Shown: positions 37,489 through 46,912 of the stretch, one piece after another | Layout: the number at the start of each line of letters is the position of its first letter | Position numbering within the stretch: position 1 is the first letter of the stretch | From: Akkermansiaceae bacterium | Lineage (GTDB): Bacteria > Verrucomicrobiota > Verrucomicrobiia > Verrucomicrobiales > Akkermansiaceae | Reading direction: 5' to 3' | DNA length: 56,804 nucleotides | NCBI GenBank assembly: GCA_023253625.1 | Contig: JALRFY010000248.1 | Span: 1 to 56,804 of the forward strand | Made by a program: the position numbers and the translations under genes | The notes under the pieces: generated by a model | Seen by the model: the letters and a program-made list of their open reading frames with translations, nothing else | Told to the model about the DNA's origin: nothing | The model's database searches: none

Positions 37489-37865
37489 TCCTGGATCATG
37501 GGCCACTGCCGTCAGATGGGCTCGCCTCCACCCCCGTTCAATCCACCCTCCCCACGGTCTGCCGAGAACTCGGTCAATAAATGACGCGTCACAGCTGGAT
37601 GCAATACGGGATGAGAGCTCCAAGTCGAGCCGAGCGAAGACCTCGGTCGAGCGCCAGCCCTCCAGGTCCTGATTGCTGCATCAAAAACAACACAGGACCT
37701 CGATGATCCCGTCCTCACCGGTCGGGCGCAGCGCATTGGGGCTGTCTCAACACTCTTTCGTCTTTGACTTTTCAGGATTGTCGCCGAGTGATCAGGCGGC
37801 TAGACTGCGGACGTCCGCGGGGCAACCACTGCGCCGCCATTGCCAATTTTCCCACACGATTCCCC

Positions 37866-38696
37866 ATGGGCATTTTCAACAAACCCCGCCTGCGCGGCCA
37901 TGTTCGCCGGGACGACACTCCGGAAGGACTGTGGCACAAATGCCCGGACTGTGGTGCCATGATCCACAAGCTGGAGCTCAGCCAGAACACCCAGGTCTGC
38001 CCGCATTGCTCGCACCATTTCCTCATCGATGCCCGCGAGCGCATCCTGATGCTCGCGGACAGTGGAACTTTCGAGGAAACCGACGCGGGACTGTTTTCGG
38101 CCAATCCACTTGATTTCCAAGGCTACACGGAAAAAACCGCTATTCTGCGAGAGAAGACGGGCCTAAACGACGCCGTGGTCTCCGGCCGCCTCAGCATTGG
38201 CGGCCACAAGGCGATGATCGCCGTGATGGACTTCAAGTTCTTCGCCGGATCCATGGGCTCGGTGGTCGGCGAGAAGATCACCCGTGCCATCGAGTCGGCG
38301 ATCGCGGAAAAACGCGCCATGATCATCGTTTCCGCCTCCTCGGGCGCGCGCATGCAGGAAGGGATGCTCTCGTTGATGCAGATGGCCAAGACCTGTGGTG
38401 CGCTCGCGCGCCTGTCCGAGGCGAAGCTGCCCTACATTTCCCTGATGACACACCCGACGACCGGCGGCGTGACGGCCTCGTTCGCCACCATCGGCGACGT
38501 CAATCTCGCCGAGCCCAAGTGCATGATTGGCTTCGCGGGTCCGCGAGTGGTGAAGGAAACCACGCATCAGAATCTCCCTCCCGGCTTCCAGACCGCCGAG
38601 TTCATGCTCGAGCACGGCCTGATCGACGCCATCGTCCCCCGCGCCAAAACCCGCGACAAGCTGGTGTGCCTGCTGGGATACCTGATGCCGGCTTGA
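37866..38696 (+). CDS. accD: Acetyl-CoA carboxylase carboxyltransferase beta subunit
   Basis: W.KCPDC...CPHC zinc finger, GSMGSVVGEKI, SGARMQEG, PTTGGVTASF. Start moved to 37866. Confidence 0.97.
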   Translation: MGIFNKPRLRGHVRRDDTPEGLWHKCPDCGAMIHKLELSQNTQVCPHCSHHFLIDARERILMLADSGTFEETDAGLFSANPLDFQGYTEKTAILREKTGLNDAVVSGRLSIGGHKAMIAVMDFKFFAGSMGSVVGEKITRAIESAIAEKRAMIIVSASSGARMQEGMLSLMQMAKTCGALARLSEAKLPYISLMTHPTTGGVTASFATIGDVNLAEPKCMIGFAGPRVVKETTHQNLPPGFQTAEFMLEHGLIDAIVPRAKTRDKLVCLLGYLMPA

Positions 38697-38725
38697 GAAG
38701 GGGCAATACGTGCGGGAAATGCCGG

Positions 38726-41413
38726 CTACTCCAACAGGCTGCGCACCATCTCCGGGCTGAGTTTTTGGGAAACATCCGCATCCGCGAGCAAACCGGCGGC
38801 GAGCTGGGCCTTTTGCTGCTGCATCTGGTGGATGCGTTGTTCGACGGTGTCCTGGCAGAGCAGCTTGTGGACGAAGACCGGGTTTTTCTGGCCGATGCGG
38901 TAGGCGCGGTCGGTGGCCTGCGCCTCGGCGGCGGGGTTCCACCAAGGGTCGTAGTGGATCACGGTGTCGGCGGCCGTTAGATTGAGGCCGGTGCCGCCGG
39001 CCTTGAGCGAGATGAGGAAGAGCGGGATTTTCCCGGTTTGGAAATCCTCGACGAGCTTGCCGCGGTCCTTGGAGGAACCGGTCAGTTTGAGATAGGGGAT
39101 CTGTTGTTTCACCAGGTGGGCCTCGATGAGGGCGAGCATGGTGGTGAACTGGGAGAAGACGAGGATGCGGCGGCCTTCCTCGATGAGCACGGCGAGCAGT
39201 TCGGTCAGGAAATCGAGTTTCGCGGATTCGTGGATGGTGTTGGCGAACTCGTCGGGCAGCAGCCGCGGATCGCAGCAGATCTGGCGGAGCTTCAGCAGGG
39301 CATCGAGGAAGACCATCTGGAACTGGTCCATGCCGCGCGCGGCGATGGCTTCGCGGACGCGCTTGTTCATGGTCGCCCTGACAGTTTCGTAGAGGTCCTT
39401 CTGCGCGGTGTGCAGCTCGATGAGGTGGACGAGTTCGGTTTTCGGCGGCAGTTCCTTGGCGACCTGATCCTTGGTGCGGCGGAGGATGAGCGGGGCGAGC
39501 CGCTGCTTGAGCGCATCGTTGCGCTCGGGGTCGGCGTGGTTTTCGATGGGTTTGCGGAAGTTGCTGGAAAACTGTTCCTCGCTGCCGAGAAAGCCGGGGA
39601 TGAGGAATTTCATCAGGCTCCAGAGTTCGCCGAGGTGGTTCTCGACGGGGGTGCCGGAGAGGCAGAGGCGGTGGCGTGCATCGAGCTTGCAGGCGGCCTG
39701 CGCGACCTTGGCATGCGGGTTCTTGATGTTCTGCGCCTCGTCGAGCACGACGAGGTGGAAGGGATGCGGGCGGAGTTTTTCGATGTCGCGGTGGAGCAGT
39801 GCGTAGGACGTGAGGACGAGGTCGGCGTGCGGGATCGAGCGGTAATACCTGCGGCGCTCGGGTCCGTTGAGCACGAGCACGCGGAGGTCGGGTGTGAATT
39901 TTTTCGCCTCGGCCAGCCAGTTCGGCACGACCGAGGTGGGGGCGACGACGAGTGCCGGTTTGCCCTGCGTGTGGCCGGATTGTTTTTCGGTGAGAATATG
40001 AGTGAGGGTTTGCAGCGTTTTGCCGAGGCCCATGTCATCGGCGAGGATGCCATGCAGCCCATGACGGGCGAGGAACTGCATCCAGCGGAAACCGGCGAGC
40101 TGGTAATCGCGCAACGTGGCATTGAGTCCGGCGGGCATGGCGACAGCCTCGATGCCGCGGAAGTCACGGAGTTTCGCTGACAGCTCGGAGAGTTCCGGCG
40201 GAGGCTCGATACCGAGGCCGGCGAGCGAAACGGCGTCGAGTGCGTGGAGCTTCGTTTTGCCGGGAAACTTCGGATCGATGAGTGCGGCGAGGTGGTGGAG
40301 GATGCGGCGCACGCGGCCGGCGGGGAGCTTGAGCGCATCGCCGTTGGGCAGCGGGGCATAGACGTGCGCGGTGTCCGGGCAATGCAGGGTTTCCTCCAGG
40401 AAATCGCCCTCCAGCAAGCGAGCGAGGATCGGCAGCAGATCGTGGCGCTCGCCGCCCACGTCGAAGCCGACCGACAGGCTGAACCATCCGCCGCCGGCGG
40501 TTGTTAGAGAGCTGTCCCAGTGATCGGGATCGGCGTCGAAAACGCGGTGGCCGACGTTGTCGTCGATGGTGACCTGCCAGCCGAGGGCTTCGAGGCGTTC
40601 CACCATTTCGCCCCGGAACTGATGCCAGAAGTGGTCGGTATCGATGCGCGAGGGATCGGGAAACCAGCGGTCGTGCGAGGCGGCGTGTTTGTTTTCGCGT
40701 GATTTCAGATTGAGAAGGAAGCGCCAGGCGGAGTTCGACTGGAGTGAGGAGAGGCCGGTATCGGAAAGTTGGCGTGCGGCGGTGTTTTCCGCGGCGGCGG
40801 AGTGTTCGAGGATGGCACGGTGGCCGCCGGGCAGGACCACCTCGCTGGTCCACCCCGGCATCGAGCCGCGGAGCGGGCTGCGATGTCCGTCGTAGTTCAC
40901 GGTGGCCTCGGCGAAGATCCAGCGGTCCACATCCGGCTGGCCGAGCGACTGGAGCAGCAGTTTCGACGCGCGGTCCACCGGCTCGCGCACGATGCGGAGT
41001 TCGAACGATGGCTTCGGTGAAACACGCGGAAGGTTCGGGACCGGAGCGGCGGTTTTTTCACGCTTCAACTCGGCGGCCACGGCGGCCTTCACGCTGTTTC
41101 CCGCGAACCGCGCGGGGTCGCGTTCCTTTTCCGCCTTCAGCAGGAGTGCGGCGGCGTGGTGGCAGAAGTTTCCGATCTCGCACGAGCACGAGGTTTCGAG
41201 GTCCCATGCGCCGCCGTCGTGCCAGAAAGCGACTTCAGTTTCCTCGTCCGCCACGTTGGCGATGAGGCAATAAGAGCCGGGCGCGGCTTCTTCCAGCCGC
41301 GGCACGCGCACTTTGGAAACGAAAGCTCGCGCGGCAGCGAGCACCTCGTCCTCAAAGCGGTTCCTCCACTTTGCGGAGTGGAGGAATTCAACGGCTTGCG
41401 ATTCAGGCGGCAC
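38726..41413 (-). CDS. SWIM zinc finger + SNF2 family helicase
   Basis: CSC....FCHH, LADDMGLGKT, DEAQ, SGTPVEN, FSQF, DPWWNPA.E.QA.DRAYRIGQ. GTG start at 41413 is a guess. Confidence 0.93.
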   Translation of the reverse strand: MPPESQAVEFLHSAKWRNRFEDEVLAAARAFVSKVRVPRLEEAAPGSYCLIANVADEETEVAFWHDGGAWDLETSCSCEIGNFCHHAAALLLKAEKERDPARFAGNSVKAAVAAELKREKTAAPVPNLPRVSPKPSFELRIVREPVDRASKLLLQSLGQPDVDRWIFAEATVNYDGHRSPLRGSMPGWTSEVVLPGGHRAILEHSAAAENTAARQLSDTGLSSLQSNSAWRFLLNLKSRENKHAASHDRWFPDPSRIDTDHFWHQFRGEMVERLEALGWQVTIDDNVGHRVFDADPDHWDSSLTTAGGGWFSLSVGFDVGGERHDLLPILARLLEGDFLEETLHCPDTAHVYAPLPNGDALKLPAGRVRRILHHLAALIDPKFPGKTKLHALDAVSLAGLGIEPPPELSELSAKLRDFRGIEAVAMPAGLNATLRDYQLAGFRWMQFLARHGLHGILADDMGLGKTLQTLTHILTEKQSGHTQGKPALVVAPTSVVPNWLAEAKKFTPDLRVLVLNGPERRRYYRSIPHADLVLTSYALLHRDIEKLRPHPFHLVVLDEAQNIKNPHAKVAQAACKLDARHRLCLSGTPVENHLGELWSLMKFLIPGFLGSEEQFSSNFRKPIENHADPERNDALKQRLAPLILRRTKDQVAKELPPKTELVHLIELHTAQKDLYETVRATMNKRVREAIAARGMDQFQMVFLDALLKLRQICCDPRLLPDEFANTIHESAKLDFLTELLAVLIEEGRRILVFSQFTTMLALIEAHLVKQQIPYLKLTGSSKDRGKLVEDFQTGKIPLFLISLKAGGTGLNLTAADTVIHYDPWWNPAAEAQATDRAYRIGQKNPVFVHKLLCQDTVEQRIHQMQQQKAQLAAGLLADADVSQKLSPEMVRSLLE

Positions 41414-41433
41414 GGCGGGATCTGGAACAAGGC

Positions 41434-41849
41434 TTACGGGTGAATCAACGACAGAACCGCGTCTTCCAATGCTCCTCCGACGCGCTGGATCCGGAAATCG
41501 ATGGGCGCGAGGATGCCATCCGCTCGAAATACTCATGCGGCAGGCAGCGGCGATCGCCGTCCGGTCGGTAGATCACTCGGAGGCCGGAGAAGTCGTGGTA
41601 GGCGAGTTTGTAAACCCGCTCTCGGACGAACCAAACTTCATGCTCGTCACCAAAGGCGTCCGGCTTTGCTTCACAGCAAGCCGGCAAGTCCATCCAGAGC
41701 TGGTTTTCGTCACAATAATCGCGGAGGACTTTTTTCCCCTCCTCAAAGGAGGGCTCACCGCCAGAAAGGCGGCAAACTGCTTCTGTGCGCTCTCTGAGTC
41801 TTTCAGAGTGTTCCGAAAGCGCGCCGCTCTGATTTGTTCCGGTATCCAC
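41434..41849 (-). pseudogene. Internally deleted polyvalent-protein-type kinase gene
   Basis: N-part has G.EHEV...RVYK...P.EY.ER. A shifted frame (41520-41434) reads DGILAPIDFRIQR, resembling the family C-terminus. Confidence 0.5.
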
Positions 41850-42177
41850 ATCTGCGGGTAAACTACGCTCGAACCCAAATCCCCTCCAAGGATAAATTCA
41901 CCCCATGCAAGTCTCTCAGGGCCAGGGCATGCGGGCGATGTGTATTTTCAGCGCGACCGCAGCCAGCGCACACTCCGCCGCGACCGCCATGCCTCCAGCG
42001 TTCCGCACGATGCGGCATTCATCGCCATGTTCGCCGTTATCTGCCTGATGCCGCTGCGAGGACGGCGCAAACGCAGGATGGAGCGGGAGTGGTTTGTGGT
42101 CTCCGGCAACGGAGCCGGCGCCGGAAAGCAGGCGTTGATCTCAGGCAGCGGCACCCCTACGCTGGGTGCGAAATTCC

Positions 42178-43239
42178 ATGTCCGCACCCGTCTCCACCAC
42201 CATGAAAGCCTTCGTGCTCCACGGCGCGAAGGACATTCGTCTCGAAGAAGTCCCCAGGCCTGTGCCCGGCCCCGGCGAGGTGCTCGTCGCCGTCCGCGCG
42301 GCGGGAATCTGTGGCAGTGATCTCCACTACTATGCCCATGGGAGATGCGGAAACTTCATCCCCACGCGTCCGTTCATTCTTGGCCACGAGTTTTCCGGTG
42401 AAGTGGTTGCACATGGCGAAGGCGTCGAAGGACCGGCCATCGGCACGCGCGTCGCTGTCGATCCATCCCGCGCCTGCGGCCAGTGCAAACAATGCCGCCA
42501 GGGCCGCTACAACCTGTGCCCGAAAATGCTGTATTACGGCACCGCCAGCGTGGTCCCGCCACGCGATGGTTGTTATGCCGAATTCGTCACTGCACCCGCG
42601 CGGAACTGCTGGCCGCTGCCCGATGGCTTTGAATATGCATGGGGTGCCTTGTTGGAACCGATGAGCGTGGCCATGCACGCCGTGATGCGCAGCGGCGGCG
42701 TGGGTGGAAAATCCGTGCTCATCACCGGCGGCGGCACCATTGGCCAGATGATATTGCTCACCGCCGTCGCCTTCGGTGCCGGCAAGGTGGTTGTTTCCGA
42801 CATCAAACCCTTCGCCCGTGAATTCGCGGAAAAACATGGCGCTTCCGGCACGCTCGATCCCACCAGCCCGTCGGCGGCCGAGGACGCAGCGAAGCTCTCG
42901 CCCGGCGGATTCGAAATCGTCTTCGAGGCGGCGGGTGTGGCTCCCGCCCTCGACCAAGCGATCCGCCACGCCGCCCCCGGTGCCACCGTGGTCCAGGTGG
43001 GCACCCTGCCCGACGGCACCGCCGTACCGGTGAACGCGCTGCTCACCAAGGAACTGCAATACCTGGGCTCATGGCGCTTCGCGAACGTCTTCGATCGCGT
43101 CATTGAAATGGTCACCTCCGGCCGCATCGACCCCCGTCCGCTGATCACCAAGGTCATGCCCTTCGACAATCTAACAGATGCGATTGAGGCGGCGGGCTAC
43201 GGAAATGAAATGCTTAAAATGCAGATCAGTCGGATCTGA
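42178..43239 (+). CDS. Zn-dependent sugar alcohol/acid dehydrogenase (sorbitol or L-idonate DH-like)
   Basis: GICGSDLH, GHE, C..C..C...RYNLC, LEP, GGGTIG. Confidence 0.9.
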   Translation: MSAPVSTTMKAFVLHGAKDIRLEEVPRPVPGPGEVLVAVRAAGICGSDLHYYAHGRCGNFIPTRPFILGHEFSGEVVAHGEGVEGPAIGTRVAVDPSRACGQCKQCRQGRYNLCPKMLYYGTASVVPPRDGCYAEFVTAPARNCWPLPDGFEYAWGALLEPMSVAMHAVMRSGGVGGKSVLITGGGTIGQMILLTAVAFGAGKVVVSDIKPFAREFAEKHGASGTLDPTSPSAAEDAAKLSPGGFEIVFEAAGVAPALDQAIRHAAPGATVVQVGTLPDGTAVPVNALLTKELQYLGSWRFANVFDRVIEMVTSGRIDPRPLITKVMPFDNLTDAIEAAGYGNEMLKMQISRI

Positions 43240-43272
43240 CGGATCGGTCGGATCTTAAATTCCCGCATCATC

Positions 43273-44238
43273 ATGGACTACACCACCCTCGGTAAAACCC
43301 ACCTCAATGTCTCCCGCCTCAGCTTCGGAGCCTCCGCGCTCGGCGGCGTGTTCCACGACATCGACGAGGCCGACGGCATCCGCGCCGTGCATGCCGCGCT
43401 CGATGCCGGCATCAACTACTTCGACGTCGCCCCGGCCTATGGCGGCACCGTGGCGGAAACCGTGCTCGGCAAGGCGCTCAAAGGCATCGCGCGCGAGCGT
43501 TATTTCCTCTCCACCAAGGCCGGCAAATACACCCAGCCCGGCGCTTACGGCTCGGACGAGCTCGATTACTCCGAAACCCGCATCCGCAAGGGCCTCGAGG
43601 AAAGCATGGCCCGTCTTGGCGTGGACCATATCGACATCGTCCATCTCCACGACTTCGAATACCAACACCGCAGCAAGACCGACTGGGCGTTTTCCGAAGG
43701 TTTCCCGACCTTGGTCAAACTGAAGGAAGAAGGCCGCATCGGCGCGGTGAGTGCGGGTATCTATCCGCTCGACCTCTGGCAGCGTGTCATCGCCGAGGCT
43801 CCCGTGGACGCCATCCTCACCCACAACCACTACTGCCTCAACGACACCCGCGGCACCGAACTCGTCGAGCCCTGCCGCGTCAGGAACATCGGCATGATCA
43901 ACGCCTCGCCCTTCGCCAGCGGCGTCCTAACAGGCGGCAAGGTGGCGGATTGGCACCCGGCCACCCCTGGGCAGCGCGCCATCTTCGCGGAGGCGGCCGC
44001 ATTTTGCATAAACCAAGGCACTTCCATCGCCAGGCTCGCGTTCCAGTTTGCCTGCCAGGACACACCATTCCACACCACCATGTTCAGCACCGCGCGCAGC
44101 GCCTCGCTCGAACGCAACCTCGCCTGGTATGGCGAGCCCTGCGATGCGGCGCTCGTCGCGGAAGTCCGCAAAATCCTCGCCCCGGTCATGGACCACCAAT
44201 GGGACTACGACGCGGGCGTGGACCGGCTCGGGTCCTGA
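43273..44238 (+). CDS. Aldo/keto reductase (L-fucose or L-galactose dehydrogenase-like)
   Basis: GINYFDVAPAYG, STKAG, S..RLG..IDIV.LHD. Confidence 0.9.
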   Translation: MDYTTLGKTHLNVSRLSFGASALGGVFHDIDEADGIRAVHAALDAGINYFDVAPAYGGTVAETVLGKALKGIARERYFLSTKAGKYTQPGAYGSDELDYSETRIRKGLEESMARLGVDHIDIVHLHDFEYQHRSKTDWAFSEGFPTLVKLKEEGRIGAVSAGIYPLDLWQRVIAEAPVDAILTHNHYCLNDTRGTELVEPCRVRNIGMINASPFASGVLTGGKVADWHPATPGQRAIFAEAAAFCINQGTSIARLAFQFACQDTPFHTTMFSTARSASLERNLAWYGEPCDAALVAEVRKILAPVMDHQWDYDAGVDRLGS

Positions 44239-44351
44239 GCGTTCCAACAGCCAATCCCCCCGGTGCGAGCAGGCCGGGACCCGGATGACAAGCCACCGGC
44301 ACATGTCTGTTTGTGCCGGTGGACTGCCGGAGGGGAAGATGTTCCCGATGC

Positions 44352-44420
44352 TCAGCGCCTGCGACGCAGCAGCGCGACCGCGCCCAGCGCGCCCAGCAAT
44401 GCCGCCGAGGGCTCGGGGAT
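44352..44420 (-). repeat. PEP-CTERM tail repeat, copy 1
   Basis: 68 of 69 nt identical to 48855-48923. Confidence 0.92.
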
Positions 44421-45038
44421 GACGATCATGTAGGTTGCTGACCCGCTTTGGAATCCATCGACAAGATGTGTGCCGGAAATTCCGAATTCCAGGTCGAACA
44501 CGCCCTGGTCCGTAAAGCCCCAGTTGTAATGCGTGTGGCTGCCTGCGGCGAGAGTGAACGAGGTGACATTGTTCGCCGTGTCCATGAAGATGTTCTGCCC
44601 GCCGATACCGTCTTCCTGCCACAGCAGGAAATCACCGGGGCCGCTGAAGGTAAGCAGCGAGATCGTGACCAATCCATCCAGCCAATCGCCGACGGTCAAT
44701 TCCTCCAGGCCGATTCCGACGAACGGCACACCTTGCAGAGCCGCGTCCTGCTCGGTCTCGGGCAGCCAGTAGTAGGCGGTCGCACCAACCGTGGTGGTGG
44801 AAGTCAGTTTACCAACCAGGATCAGTTCGTCAGGCTCGTATTCGGATTCGGACTCGATCCGGACGCCGTCGATGATCGCCCCCTCTGCGCCGCCTTCGTT
44901 GTGAATATGGGGTTCGAATCCCTCTCCGCTCGCGTATCCGAAGGCAGGGAAATCGATATGCCCCCCGGTGATCAACGACGCCGCGTGGAGTGGGAGGGAT
45001 GATAACAACAAGGGTATCAGTGTGTGTTTTGCTTTCAT
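44352..45038 (-). CDS. PEP-CTERM surface protein with TIGR03769-like His-motif domain
   Basis: Signal peptide, GHID, HIH, GSHTHYNWGFT..G, C-terminal IPEPS..LLG....LLRRRR. Start moved to 45038. Confidence 0.9.
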   Translation of the reverse strand: MKAKHTLIPLLLSSLPLHAASLITGGHIDFPAFGYASGEGFEPHIHNEGGAEGAIIDGVRIESESEYEPDELILVGKLTSTTTVGATAYYWLPETEQDAALQGVPFVGIGLEELTVGDWLDGLVTISLLTFSGPGDFLLWQEDGIGGQNIFMDTANNVTSFTLAAGSHTHYNWGFTDQGVFDLEFGISGTHLVDGFQSGSATYMIVIPEPSAALLGALGAVALLRRRR

Positions 45039-45080
45039 AATGCAAGGGTCGCTGTGCGACTTCGGAAAAACCCTACAAAC

Positions 45081-45118
45081 GCAATTTAATTGCAAGAGCA
45101 AAAGAATAATTCTTGCAA
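45081..45118. promoter_or_regulatory. Candidate Fur/Zur-type operator in a divergent promoter region
   Basis: GCAATT-T-AATTGC (45081-45093), AAGAAT-A-ATTCTT (45102-45114) and the enclosing TTGCAAGA...TCTTGCAA, in an AT-rich patch. Confidence 0.6.
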
Positions 45119-45146
45119 TTTTTATACTCACGCAAATCATTCGCGC

Positions 45147-45710
45147 ATGCAGCCGCCCCGGCACAGCCACACAGGAGACTTGGGCAAGGCCGCCCGTGGT
45201 CTGGCCCAGCAAATGGTTTGGTGGGGCTGCGATGTGCGCCACCCATCCGGCAATATGCTGGTGCGTTACGGCATGGGCCGCACTCCTTCGCCCGGACTCA
45301 CGGGCACCAGCTGTTACCAGATGGGCTGGGAGGGAGGATGGATCGAACTTCACGGCGCGGCGGCCTCGTGGACTTCCGGCGATTCGCGGGACGGGATGGT
45401 TTTCACGCGCGACCAGGGCCGGATCGCGCTGTGGAATGGAGAACGTCCGCCGGTTCCCGGGCTTGAATACGGGCATCAGGGATCGGTCAGCGAGCGTTGG
45501 GAGGCGGCATTGCCGATGCTCCGCTGGATCGCCGGCTACGAGAAATGGATCGATGGGCAGCTGGGACCGCAATGGCGGCAGGCATGCCGCAGGCACATCC
45601 GCCGGCTGCCACGCGGCAAACCATGGCTTGCCCCGAAGGAAGCTCTCGACTGGTGGCATCGCGCGGCTGCCACGGAACACATTTCTCACACAACTTCTCG
45701 GATCCGATGA
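45147..45710 (+). CDS. Hypothetical Trp/Gly-rich protein
   Basis: QQM..WG.D..HP.GN.L.RYG. Stop codon overlaps the COG0523 start (ATGA). Confidence 0.75.
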   Translation: MQPPRHSHTGDLGKAARGLAQQMVWWGCDVRHPSGNMLVRYGMGRTPSPGLTGTSCYQMGWEGGWIELHGAAASWTSGDSRDGMVFTRDQGRIALWNGERPPVPGLEYGHQGSVSERWEAALPMLRWIAGYEKWIDGQLGPQWRQACRRHIRRLPRGKPWLAPKEALDWWHRAAATEHISHTTSRIR

Positions 45711-46909
45711 ACACTCTTCCCGTCAGTGTCCTGTCCGGTTTTCTCGGCGCAGGAAAAACCACGCTTCTCAACCAGATTCTGAAAAACCGCGCAGGGATGA
45801 AGGTCGCCATCATCGTGAACGACATGAGCGAAGTCAACGTGGACGCTGAAACCCTGCGCCGCGGCGATGCCGCGCTCTCCCACACCGAGGAGAAGATGGT
45901 CGAGATGTCCAACGGTTGCATCTGCTGCACCCTGCGCGAGGACCTCATGCTGGAAGTCACGCGCCTTGCGCGCGAAGGCCGCTTCGACGCGCTGCTCATC
46001 GAGTCCACCGGGGTCTCGGAGCCTATGCCCGTGGCGGAAACCTTCACCTTCACAGACGAACACGGCCGCTCGCTATCGGACATCGCCCATATCGACTGCA
46101 TGGTCACGGTGGTGGACGCGCCGAATTTTCTCCGCGACTACTGCTCGGTCGAGCGGCTCAAGGACCGTGAACAACAGATGGGCGAGGGCGATGAGCGCAC
46201 GCTGGTGGACCTGCTGGCCGATCAGATCGAATTCGCGAACATCATCATCGTCAACAAGTGCGACTGCGTAACCGCCTTGGAACTTGAAACCGTCTCCGGC
46301 ATGGTGCGCTCGCTCAATCCCAAGGCACGGGTGATCGAAACCAGCCATGGCGCGGTGGACGCCGGTGCCGTCCTGAAGACCGGCCTCTACTCGCTCGCGG
46401 AAGCGGAGAAGTCCCACGGTTGGCTCGATTCGCTCGTCCATCACACGCCGGAAAGCGAGGAATATGGCATCTCTAATTTCGTCTATCGACGCCATCGGCC
46501 CTTCCATCCCGTGCGCTTCCACAGTCTGTTAGGAACGGAATGGCCGGGCGTGATCCGTTCCAAGGGATTCTTCTGGCTGGCATCCCGTCCCGACTTCGCC
46601 GGGTTCTGGTCCCAGGCCGGTGCCATCGCGAGAAACCAGTGTGCTGGCCGCTTCTGGGCCGCCGTGCCGGAATCCGAGCGACCGTTCGATACCGCCAACT
46701 CCGAGGTGCTGCGCCGCGCCTGGCGCGAACCATGGGGCGACCGGCGCCAGGAGATCGTGCTTATTGGCCAAGGGCTCGACCGGAATGGACTCGAGGCGAT
46801 GCTCGATCGCGCGCTCCTAACAGACCATGAGTTCCAACGCGGGCCTTCGGCGTGGGCGGGCATGGACGATCCGTTTCCCGCCTGGTCGCCCGCACCCACC
46901 CATTCCTGA
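45707..46909 (+). CDS. zigA: COG0523 (CobW/ZigA/YciC) metallochaperone GTPase
   Basis: SGFLGAGKTT, VNDMSEVN.D, SNGCICCTLREDL, ESTG.SEP, NK.D, HTPESEEYGI, RPFHP.R, RSKGFFW, GDRRQE.V.IG. Confidence 0.95.
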   Translation: MNTLPVSVLSGFLGAGKTTLLNQILKNRAGMKVAIIVNDMSEVNVDAETLRRGDAALSHTEEKMVEMSNGCICCTLREDLMLEVTRLAREGRFDALLIESTGVSEPMPVAETFTFTDEHGRSLSDIAHIDCMVTVVDAPNFLRDYCSVERLKDREQQMGEGDERTLVDLLADQIEFANIIIVNKCDCVTALELETVSGMVRSLNPKARVIETSHGAVDAGAVLKTGLYSLAEAEKSHGWLDSLVHHTPESEEYGISNFVYRRHRPFHPVRFHSLLGTEWPGVIRSKGFFWLASRPDFAGFWSQAGAIARNQCAGRFWAAVPESERPFDTANSEVLRRAWREPWGDRRQEIVLIGQGLDRNGLEAMLDRALLTDHEFQRGPSAWAGMDDPFPAWSPAPTHS

Positions 46910-46912
46910 CTT

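Noticed and set aside
36018-37499. 493-aa minus-strand ORF
   Set aside because: Antisense to rsgA and tRNA-Cys. AEEGIEPSNDGFAN is the typical reverse translation of a tRNA.
38726-41413. SNF2 helicase as part of a defence system
   Set aside because: SWIM-SNF2 is a common stand-alone gene. No methylase, nuclease or other defence partner is adjacent.
42000-42080. PEP-CTERM-like remnant VPHDAAFIAMFAVICLMPLRGRRKRR
   Set aside because: Lacks the PEP motif, has no stop after the basic run and no upstream domain. Too weak to call.
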